Below are positions 1 to 6,674 of a stretch of DNA of 15,242 nucleotides, piece after piece. Made by a program: the position numbers and the translations under genes. Within the stretch, counting starts at the first letter, position 1; every line of letters starts with the position of its first letter. Source of the DNA: a virus (Duplodnaviria; Heunggongvirae; Uroviricota; Caudoviricetes); the IMG/VR virus record IMGVR_UViG_3300027808_002177, positions 1 to 15,242 of that record, one strand, 5' to 3'. The notes under the pieces were generated by a model. That model was not told the origin of the DNA. It made no database searches and saw nothing but the letters and a program-made list of their open reading frames with translations.

Positions 1-573
1 TTGTTCAGCAAGCACACTTCTAAAGTATTGCAATGTACGTGCATGACGATCCACAACATCACGAGCACTCATGCGAGCAAATTCTCGCTTGTCATTTCGA
101 ATGATACGGAAGTCGTTCATCATACCTTCAATGGCATGCATTGTCAGCGGATCGCCTTTGTTCATATCAGTCCACAATGTGGCACCAACAAATGTTACAT
201 CGTCAATGACTTTTGTATCGCACTCTAGAAAGTAGATGTTAGGATACTTGGCACATTCTTCACGCAGGTAATCAATGCCAGCAAAGAACTTACCATGATA
301 AAATTCGTGGTTGCCAGCAACATAAACCACATGCGGGAATTGAAAACTGCAACGCTTTAAGAAATCACGGAAGCGAGCAACTCGTTGCAACTTGCGACCA
401 AGGTCGGCTAATGCACCATTGCTGTAAGGACTAAAATCTGCGGCAATATGGTCGTGCAGATCCTGGGCAACCATAATGTCACCTGATAAAATAAGCACGT
501 CACACTTGTCATCGTTTGTGATATTGATATCACTAAACTCCAAGTGTAAATCACTGACCAGTTTAATCTTCAT
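1..573 (-). CDS. Calcineurin-like metallophosphoesterase, 3'-partial (runs off the left edge; absent from the ORF track)
   Basis: Manual translation from ATG at 573: MKIKLVSDLHLEF...VLILSGDIMVA...VVYVAGNHEFYHG...FVGATLWTD. It shows the DxH, GD and GNHE metallophosphoesterase motifs. The frame is open to position 1. The start overlaps the upstream ORF stop by 11 nt. Confidence 0.9.
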   Translation of the reverse strand, partial: MKIKLVSDLHLEFSDINITNDDKCDVLILSGDIMVAQDLHDHIAADFSPYSNGALADLGRKLQRVARFRDFLKRCSFQFPHVVYVAGNHEFYHGKFFAGIDYLREECAKYPNIYFLECDTKVIDDVTFVGATLWTDMNKGDPLTMHAIEGMMNDFRIIRNDKREFARMSARDVVDRHARTLQYFRSVLAEQ

Positions 574-850
574 CGCCGCTTTCCAATTTAGCTATTGAGT
601 TAAGTCCATTTACAGGAATACCGTCTTCGTCAACAATTGCAAAATGATCAAACACAAAGCCTGCACCCTTGCAAAAGTCTTCAAATACTTGGAGCACATC
701 ATCCAAATTGGCATGACTGTGATCCATAGCAATATTTCTTATACCATCAGTATAACACAAAACCCACTTGGGGTCAATGGGGTCTGCGTCCAAACCTCTG
801 ATATTTTGTAGTGCTTTTACAACATGTTGCCATGGATCATTCTTGGACAT
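563..850 (-). CDS. Hypothetical phage protein (95 aa)
   Basis: The ORF fills the gap between neighbours with short overlaps at both ends. The NLDDVLQVFEDFCKGAGF segment resembles small phage proteins of unknown function. Confidence 0.7.
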   Translation of the reverse strand: MSKNDPWQHVVKALQNIRGLDADPIDPKWVLCYTDGIRNIAMDHSHANLDDVLQVFEDFCKGAGFVFDHFAIVDEDGIPVNGLNSIAKLESGDED

Positions 851-1634
851 TGGTCCTCATTTCGTTATTTAGATCTGTGATGGCACGAATCAGGTCCACA
901 TGCAATCCAGACTTGACTAGTGCAGTTTCAAACGTTTGGACATCCTTGGGAAAACACTTGCCTGAAAACCCAGGAATCCCATCAAAGCCCGGAACAGTCC
1001 AATGGCTTGTGCCCAGCCTGCCTTCGTTTTCCAGCATAACTCGAACAATACTATAGTCTGCGCCAACTGACTTGCATAACTGTTCAACCTGGTTCGCGAA
1101 GATAACTTTCATTGCCAAGAAGGTATTGGTAGACAGTTTTGCAACCATTGCTTCCATTGGGTCAGTGATGAATGCTGGGCCTTTATATTCGGTCAGCAAG
1201 TCAGCAAACGCTTCTGCTGGCTCACCACCTAGAACAATAAACTTTGGGGTTACTGCATCTTCTTGCCAACTTGCTTCTCTAATGTATTCTGGCCATACTA
1301 ACAAATGTTGACCCAGTTGTTCGGTATAATCTTTAATTGCACTCATGCCTAATGTGCTACGAACAACAACTGTTCCTTTGAAGCCGTTTGCCAATGCTTC
1401 GTTAATAGCATCACTAACATTCTTAGTATTGTTTTCTGGTAATGCGAGAGTTTCATCTAGGTCAGTGTTTACGCAAACAATAACATAGTCTGCTGTGGCC
1501 CATGCGCCTACAGGTAAAATTACTTGTTTGTGCGGATCATTAAACTGCACTTTTGCATCTGGTAAAAATTCTCGTAGAAATAATGCAGTTGACTGTCCAA
1601 CGATGCCTTTGCCTTGAATAATAATATTTGTCAT
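837..1634 (-). CDS. ugd: UDP-glucose/GDP-mannose 6-dehydrogenase family protein, short form lacking the C-terminal domain
   Basis: Rossmann GKGIVG, VVRST, WPEYIRE (cf. PEFLRE), AKLSTNTFLAMKVIFANQ (cf. KYAANAFLATKISFINE) and GFSGKCFPKD with the catalytic Cys. It ends at 265 aa. Confidence 0.85.
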   Translation of the reverse strand: MTNIIIQGKGIVGQSTALFLREFLPDAKVQFNDPHKQVILPVGAWATADYVIVCVNTDLDETLALPENNTKNVSDAINEALANGFKGTVVVRSTLGMSAIKDYTEQLGQHLLVWPEYIREASWQEDAVTPKFIVLGGEPAEAFADLLTEYKGPAFITDPMEAMVAKLSTNTFLAMKVIFANQVEQLCKSVGADYSIVRVMLENEGRLGTSHWTVPGFDGIPGFSGKCFPKDVQTFETALVKSGLHVDLIRAITDLNNEMRTNVQE

Positions 1635-1635
1635 G

Positions 1636-2373
1636 TTAACCTTTGATAATGTACTCGGGGTACTTGTTTAAACTTTGATCAAGTAGCGACTCTAGTCTAT
1701 CTACATCAATCCAACCTTTGATGACCACAAGTATTTTTCTATACTTGGGATCAAAATCTGCTCCGTGCAAGAAATCTTCATTGTTCCATGCAAATGTATT
1801 AGTATCTATCGGAAGTTTGACATAGTGTTTGTCCACTTGCGGCACTTCTGTTTGTGGATTGTGTTTTGCAACTGGCGTCAACCAAAATGTTTCATGCGGG
1901 TTTTGATCGTCAAGCATGATTCTAATTTCAGTAGGGAAACGTAACACACCATCTAAGCTAGGCGGCATGTTGCCATCATAGTGTGCTCGAACTTCACGAT
2001 TGGCACTCCACAATCTAACTGAACGTATTCGTTTAAAGGGCAAGTCCTCAAAAATTGATTTAAGAAACTTGTGTTGCGTAGTGGACAATGCAGTTGATAT
2101 TTTAGTATTCCATGCAGCCCTTGATAACAACGTAGAGTCTTCATACATTGCAAGACCTTCCCATTGGGTAAAGGACATAACAGGAGCATCTTTACCTAAC
2201 GCACCTCGATCAATATGTTGACGGTCAACAGTTGCAACTTCTTCATTCCATGTACGCCAAAACTCTTGCACATCATCTAATTCAAACTTAGGCAGTGCTA
2301 ACGGCAACGCACCAATGCCAGAGTATTTCTCTACTAGCCTTGGTACGCTATCAAGTTTGATTATATTGATCAA
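1636..2373 (-). CDS. Putative Fe(II)/2-oxoglutarate-dependent oxygenase (double-stranded beta-helix fold)
   Basis: HxD (RAHYD), a distal His (FLHGA) and a basic residue before a hydrophobic strand (RKILVVI) are spaced like the HxD...H...R triad. TTG start lies 2 nt after the ferredoxin stop. Confidence 0.5.
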   Translation of the reverse strand: MINIIKLDSVPRLVEKYSGIGALPLALPKFELDDVQEFWRTWNEEVATVDRQHIDRGALGKDAPVMSFTQWEGLAMYEDSTLLSRAAWNTKISTALSTTQHKFLKSIFEDLPFKRIRSVRLWSANREVRAHYDGNMPPSLDGVLRFPTEIRIMLDDQNPHETFWLTPVAKHNPQTEVPQVDKHYVKLPIDTNTFAWNNEDFLHGADFDPKYRKILVVIKGWIDVDRLESLLDQSLNKYPEYIIKG

Positions 2374-2375
2374 AC

Positions 2376-2693
2376 TTATTCTTCTAAAAGATGACGTTTG
2401 TCTTTGACTGCCTTAAACTCTTCAGCTTCGGGCAATGGGGTTTTCTTTTTAGAGATAACCGGCCAGCCAGCAGATAAGCGAGCATTGATGTCTGTCCAGA
2501 ACATATCCTTAACTTCGTGTTCCGGCACAATAGCGTCTACAGGACATTCAGGTACACATACAGCACAGTCAATGCATTGATCCGGATCAATAACTAAAAA
2601 GTTAGGGCCTTCTTTAAAGCAATCAACGGGGCACACATCTACACAATCAGTGTACTTGCATTTAATACAGCTTTCAGTGACTACAAATGTCAT
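2376..2693 (-). CDS. fdxA: 7Fe ([3Fe-4S]+[4Fe-4S]) ferredoxin, FdxA/Azotobacter FdI type, 105 aa
   Basis: The real start is MTFVVTES at 2693; the ORF-track extension to 2837 overlaps the upstream gene. Motifs are [18 protein letters not shown] and [16 protein letters not shown] plus the typical WP-containing C-terminal tail. Confidence 0.93.
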   Translation of the reverse strand: MTFVVTESCIKCKYTDCVDVCPVDCFKEGPNFLVIDPDQCIDCAVCVPECPVDAIVPEHEVKDMFWTDINARLSAGWPVISKKKTPLPEAEEFKAVKDKRHLLEE

Positions 2694-2694
2694 T

Positions 2695-3108
2695 TTAAAT
2701 TTTCCAATTCGATTCGATATATTCTTTGTTATCTGGCTTATTGCCAGTAAGACCCAACATGCCGCGATAGGCTTGCCACGCTTCTTGTACCATTGGGTCT
2801 GCATGACCACCAGTTGGAAGCAAGTCGGCCCAGACACAATCCTCTGGCATCATACTTCTATAACTTCCAAAGTTACGTGGTTGATGAATTTTGCCTTCAC
2901 GAAACAGAATGCTTGCTACACCTTGACAAGCAGATTCGTCTAGTCCCAATAGATAGTTATCCCGCCACATGTACTCGGTAACAATACCAGCTAACTGTTC
3001 TTGTTTTTCAAAACGAGTACCTGATACGATTACAACAACATCACTTTCGTCTACAGTACCGTTGACGATGTCGCGGATGCAACGACCTAAACTAAATCCA
3101 ACTTTCAT
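2695..3108 (-). CDS. Hypothetical phage protein (137 aa)
   Basis: ATGA overlap with the upstream PRTase stop; ends 1 nt before the ferredoxin start. No family recognised. Confidence 0.75.
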   Translation of the reverse strand: MKVGFSLGRCIRDIVNGTVDESDVVVIVSGTRFEKQEQLAGIVTEYMWRDNYLLGLDESACQGVASILFREGKIHQPRNFGSYRSMMPEDCVWADLLPTGGHADPMVQEAWQAYRGMLGLTGNKPDNKEYIESNWKI

Positions 3109-3605
3109 GTGCTTCTACTCCAAAAAGATTCCCAAGGAAAATCAACCCAAATATCTCGCTCAAGTTTGTTGATAGCAATGCCATAATAATCACTATACTC
3201 TTTACTACTTTCGTTCTCAACAAGACTTGCCCAACGAACACTATTATGCCAGAATTTGTCAATAAAGTCAACCTCTATTCCTGCCACACTAGAGGCCCAG
3301 TCTGCTTTGAGCCATTCCTGAGTTGAGCCTTGATCATTGATGTCATCTACCAATAAAATCTTCTTACCAAGAATAACATCATCTGGTGCCCATAGCAATG
3401 ATTCAGTATCTACATCCTCACGCAACGATACCTTAACAGTTGTATGTGGCACCTTTAGGTAATGACTCAGCATGGTACTAGCAGGCAAGCCGCCACGGTC
3501 CACGCCAATGATCAAGTCTGGCTTCCAGCCATCTAATTGCATATTGCGAGCAATAGTCTGCACATGCCATTCAACATCTAACCAAGAGAGTGATAGTTTA
3601 TTCAT
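3105..3605 (-). CDS. Type I phosphoribosyltransferase, xanthine/guanine PRTase (Gpt)-like
   Basis: IIGVDRGGL, PRPP-binding loop ILLVDDINDQGST, and C-terminal WVDFPWE (cf. Gpt WIEQPWD). Confidence 0.88.
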   Translation of the reverse strand: MNKLSLSWLDVEWHVQTIARNMQLDGWKPDLIIGVDRGGLPASTMLSHYLKVPHTTVKVSLREDVDTESLLWAPDDVILGKKILLVDDINDQGSTQEWLKADWASSVAGIEVDFIDKFWHNSVRWASLVENESSKEYSDYYGIAINKLERDIWVDFPWESFWSRST

Positions 3606-4032
3606 TTGAATCAGGACCTGATAGCAATGCTTCCATTGCTTTGTATTCGTCGTACATTTGCTTTAACATTGGGTACTTTTCGTGCTTTTCAAAGTTAGGT
3701 GCTAAAATTAGCAAACGCTTTTTAAGTGTTTCCATCATCTCGGCCAGTTCGTCAATATCAATAGTGTGCTTGGCAGTCTTGATAGTGGTCTTGCCATACT
3801 CAGTAGTGTCTGCATTAAACGTACTAGAGGCCGCAAAAGATATACTAGATCCGTTTGCCCAATTATTGATACCTGCATGTCCAACAGACAATCCTGCACC
3901 GTTTGACATTGTACCTGACAATATGTCATTCATACTAATGCCAATCTCTTGTGCAACAACGCCAACAGTTGTATTAGTTTCATCCCACTTAAACTCTAGT
4001 GGGGTTACTTTATCTAGATTGTTATCATCCAT
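3598..4032 (-). CDS. Hypothetical phage protein (144 aa)
   Basis: Sits between folE and the PRTase with tight spacing. It has a G/S/T-rich middle and a helical C-terminus. Confidence 0.75.
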   Translation of the reverse strand: MDDNNLDKVTPLEFKWDETNTTVGVVAQEIGISMNDILSGTMSNGAGLSVGHAGINNWANGSSISFAASSTFNADTTEYGKTTIKTAKHTIDIDELAEMMETLKKRLLILAPNFEKHEKYPMLKQMYDEYKAMEALLSGPDSNE

Positions 4033-4037
4033 AGAAG

Positions 4038-4757
4038 TTATCGAGGAGCAAAGTCTTGTTGGAGTTTGATATTATCAAAAAACTCTTTCTTAACACTTTG
4101 ATCTTCTTTGAAGGCACCTCTTAGAACTGTGGTCTGTGTGAGACTACTGTGTGCCATAATGCCACGATTCTCGCAGCATCCGTGGGTGGCCTGAATGTAC
4201 ACTGCTACGTTTTCGGAGTCAGTAGCTTTGCTAATCTCACGGGCAATGTCGTTGCAAAGTTCCTCCTGGAGAGTTCCTCTTCGGGCACACCATTGAGCGA
4301 TTCGGGTATACTTACTAAGACCGATAAGTTTATTAGCAGCAATAATACCAATATAAGCAACGCCAGCCACAGGTTGGTGATGATGGCTACACATACTGCG
4401 CAACTCGCTACGTACAACAAGCATACCTTCATAACGGTCCGCTGAATCATTTGGAAATGCTGTTGCGTCTGGTGCTGCTTCATATCTACCTGCCATTATT
4501 TCGTTAAAGTACATTTTGGCAAGTCGTCTTGCAGTACCTTTAGAGTTTGGATCTGTTTCGCGATCGATTAGCAAGCTGTCAAGCACTTGTTCAAATGCGC
4601 CTGCTGCTTCGTTAATCAATGTATCCTTTTCAACATCGCTGATGTATTCGCTGATGTTGTCTCCTGCCCAAAAACGTTTGTTATCGTTTTTAAGTCTGTC
4701 GCGGATAACCTGGCTAAGAGGGCGTCCGTCTTCTTCTCTATAATTTAGTTCTGACAA
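4038..4757 (-). CDS. folE: GTP cyclohydrolase I (type IA)
   Basis: TARRLAKMY, Zn-ligand motif MCSHH, GLSKYTRIAQWCARRGTLQE and HGCCENRG. TTG start is preceded by a GGAGA Shine-Dalgarno. Confidence 0.96.
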   Translation of the reverse strand: MSELNYREEDGRPLSQVIRDRLKNDNKRFWAGDNISEYISDVEKDTLINEAAGAFEQVLDSLLIDRETDPNSKGTARRLAKMYFNEIMAGRYEAAPDATAFPNDSADRYEGMLVVRSELRSMCSHHHQPVAGVAYIGIIAANKLIGLSKYTRIAQWCARRGTLQEELCNDIAREISKATDSENVAVYIQATHGCCENRGIMAHSSLTQTTVLRGAFKEDQSVKKEFFDNIKLQQDFAPR

Positions 4758-4773
4758 TTTATTCTCCGAGTTA

Positions 4774-4789
4774 ATGACGTGGATGTCAT
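4774..4789. repeat. Short inverted repeat ATGAC-N6-GTCAT in the folE leader
   Basis: Plus strand 4774-4789 reads atgac gtggat gtcat. It lies between the predicted -10 box and the folE RBS. Confidence 0.45.
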
Positions 4790-4796
4790 ATTGTTT

Positions 4797-4825
4797 ATTG
4801 TAACATCTATTTAGGAATTAAGCAA
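4797..4825 (-). promoter_or_regulatory. Sigma70-like promoter for the folE unit
   Basis: Minus strand TTGCTT (4825-4820), a 17-nt spacer ending in TGn, and TACAAT (4802-4797). It lies immediately upstream of the folE RBS. Confidence 0.65.
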
Positions 4826-5092
4826 GACATCGCTTGGCCAAGTGAGCAGATACAGCATTAAATCTTCGGGCTTTTTAAAGTGGACCATAATAGTAATATC
4901 AAACATCTCATGTGAGTGTTTAGCTGATTCTATCTTTGATAATTTACGCCAGTTAAATGGATCACCTTTGTAGTCAACTGCTGACCAACGATTCTTACAG
5001 TTATCGATTAACCACCGCCTAATGTCCTTTAGTGTGAACACATGGGCAGCAGTTTTTGCTGAATAGAACTTATCCTTTGTTAGCGTTGACAT
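4811..5092 (-). CDS. Hypothetical phage protein (about 93 aa)
   Basis: The likely start is MSTLTKDK at 5092, overlapping the glutaredoxin end by 23 nt. The ORF-track start at 5143 would overlap grx by 74 nt. Confidence 0.65.
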   Translation of the reverse strand: MSTLTKDKFYSAKTAAHVFTLKDIRRWLIDNCKNRWSAVDYKGDPFNWRKLSKIESAKHSHEMFDITIMVHFKKPEDLMLYLLTWPSDVLLNS

Positions 5093-5318
5093 AGAACTCA
5101 CTGGCTCGTAAGTCGTCCCAGCCGCCAACAAGATTCCCATCAATGATAATTTGCGGAACTGTTCTTGCAGTTGGAACAGCTTCTAATAAGTTTTCACGGG
5201 TAAAGCCATTATGGCCTACCCGATGTTCTGTGAAATCAAAACCTTTACTACCTAACCATGCTTTTGCTTGGTCGCAATAAGGACAATGATCCTTGCTATA
5301 AACTACAATTGCGGTCAT
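5070..5318 (-). CDS. grx: Dithiol glutaredoxin
   Basis: CPYC active site, TVPQI and GGWDDL motifs; GGAG/AGGA upstream of the ATG. Confidence 0.95.
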   Translation of the reverse strand: MTAIVVYSKDHCPYCDQAKAWLGSKGFDFTEHRVGHNGFTRENLLEAVPTARTVPQIIIDGNLVGGWDDLRASEFYVNANKG

Positions 5319-5479
5319 ATTCCTGCTCCATCATCAAATAATTGTTCTTCGTATTGTTGCAATGCTGCTTGGTACTGTTCTTCAGTTAGGCCATGCCAAC
5401 CACGGCACTTACCGTCCGGACTACGACCACAACCGCATGCACCAAATTCTTCTGGGTTTTCTCTTACTCTAATTTGCAT
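5315..5479 (-). CDS. Small CDGSH-like iron-sulfur protein (54 aa; absent from the ORF track)
   Basis: Manual translation: MQIRVRENPEEFGACGCGRSPDGKCRGWHGLTEEQYQAALQQYEEQLFDDGAGI*. The C-x-C-x2-S-x4-C-x-G-x-H motif gives a 3Cys-1His pattern. It starts 1 nt after the upstream stop and ends in an ATGA overlap with grx, filling the gap exactly. Confidence 0.8.
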   Translation of the reverse strand: MQIRVRENPEEFGACGCGRSPDGKCRGWHGLTEEQYQAALQQYEEQLFDDGAGI

Positions 5480-5480
5480 G

Positions 5481-5909
5481 TTAGGCCTTTGATGTGTCGT
5501 ATGTTTGTGCGAAGATGTCTTTCTTCACAGCACCATAGTCGCCTGTGCCATGACGTACAATGTAGTCATTACCAGCAGTATAGTTCAAGTCGCCCCATGA
5601 TGTATGTATAACACCATCATGGTCAGCAAGTTTGGCAATCTTGGGAATCTTCTTAGGAACAGCAATGCCATTGCCTAGATCATCTTTGAGATTATTAAAC
5701 TTCTCAGCAGTAATAGGATACTGCTCTCCTTTTGGACCTGTCATGATATAGTGTCCTGCTTCATACTGTACAGGGCCTTCAAGAGTCTGTACAGTTCCTG
5801 CTTGTTGGGCAATCTCATACTTTTCTTGTGCTGGCTTTTTGAATGTATCAAAGCTGCCAGACTTAAACCAAGCATCATTGATGCTACCTTCTAATTCATT
5901 TATTTTCAT
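5481..5909 (-). CDS. PGDYG-like protein with an internal duplication
   Basis: The two halves align: GTVQTLEGPVQYEAGHYIMTGPKGEQYPITAEKF and GVIHTSWGDLNYTAGNDYIVRHGTGDYGAVKKDIF. It has a GDYG motif and an IFxxTY end. Confidence 0.7.
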   Translation of the reverse strand: MKINELEGSINDAWFKSGSFDTFKKPAQEKYEIAQQAGTVQTLEGPVQYEAGHYIMTGPKGEQYPITAEKFNNLKDDLGNGIAVPKKIPKIAKLADHDGVIHTSWGDLNYTAGNDYIVRHGTGDYGAVKKDIFAQTYDTSKA

Positions 5910-6333
5910 TGTTGTCCTTTTCTACCTGAGATTCGTATACTCGTCTACGTAAACTGCTTGAACTAAAGCTGTGATCTCTACCGTTAAAGTAAAGCTCAAT
6001 GTTTCGTTTATGGCAAATTTCTCTACCAGTAAACTCTTTGCCTTCGTACTCTACTCCTAGTATACGCACATTGATAGGTAAAGTCAATAGCAAATCTTCA
6101 AGATCTTTTTCAGTGTTGTAAACCCAAACTTCGTCAACATATCGACTACCCTTGAGTTGCATCTGACGCTCTACAATAGTTTGCACTGGTTTATTTTTTG
6201 TAGCACGATCTAGTGTCGGATCGTTTTGCAATCCGCATATCAGGTAATCACATTTAGTCTTTGCTTCTTGTAGCATAGACACATGGCCAGCATGTAGCAA
6301 GTCAAAGGTAGAGCAAGTAAATCCAACTTTCAT
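5896..6333 (-). CDS. Cytidylyltransferase family protein (glycerol-3-phosphate cytidylyltransferase TagD/RfaE-like)
   Basis: TFDLLHAGH (HxGH), KPVQ...ER, YVDEV and a terminal SSSSLR motif. Confidence 0.9.
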   Translation of the reverse strand: MKVGFTCSTFDLLHAGHVSMLQEAKTKCDYLICGLQNDPTLDRATKNKPVQTIVERQMQLKGSRYVDEVWVYNTEKDLEDLLLTLPINVRILGVEYEGKEFTGREICHKRNIELYFNGRDHSFSSSSLRRRVYESQVEKDNNENK

Positions 6334-6674
6334 TAGTGATTCCTTTTGCCGTCAAATACACAGTTAAAAATCAAATTCATGTCGCCATTGTTAATTACAC
6401 GATGGAATGCACCGTCTGGAATTAGGACAATGTCTCCGGGATTCACTTCGATTGTGTTATCACTTTCTTTGCCAATGATCATTTGACCACGTCCCTGGAC
6501 AAAAAAATATATTTCTTCTTGGCCTGGATGTTGATGACCACGTGTACTTTGATTTTTGTAAAGTTTAGTAGAACTAAGCACAAGATTTTTTAGTGTCTTG
6601 TTATCCTTAATAACATAAGTGTCATCATCCTTAACTACTTCGCCACCAATGTCATGAACATTATATATTGTCAT
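6333..6674 (-). CDS. Cupin (Cupin_2 / sugar-isomerase-like) protein
   Basis: Cupin motif 1 GHQHPGQEEIYFFVQG and motif 2 GDIVLIPDGAFHRVIN. It overlaps galE (ATGA) and the cytidylyltransferase (TAATG). Confidence 0.88.
   Translation of the reverse strand: MTIYNVHDIGGEVVKDDDTYVIKDNKTLKNLVLSSTKLYKNQSTRGHQHPGQEEIYFFVQGRGQMIIGKESDNTIEVNPGDIVLIPDGAFHRVINNGDMNLIFNCVFDGKRNH

Noticed and set aside
2694-2837. ORF-track N-terminal extension of the ferredoxin (also 5093-5143, 9402-9476 and 10482-10487)
   Set aside because: The extensions overlap upstream genes. Family N-termini and RBS spacing favour the downstream starts.
3590-4069. 159-aa plus-strand ORF (similarly 8167-8685, 12349-12792, 14219-14548, 1-228 and the other plus-strand ORFs)
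   Set aside because: These are antisense shadows of well-supported minus-strand genes, with no recognisable motifs, RBS or operon fit.
4758-4810. Possible preQ1 riboswitch upstream of folE
   Set aside because: The leader lacks the preQ1-I P1 stem/loop consensus and the A-rich 3' tail. Only a 5-bp inverted repeat is present.
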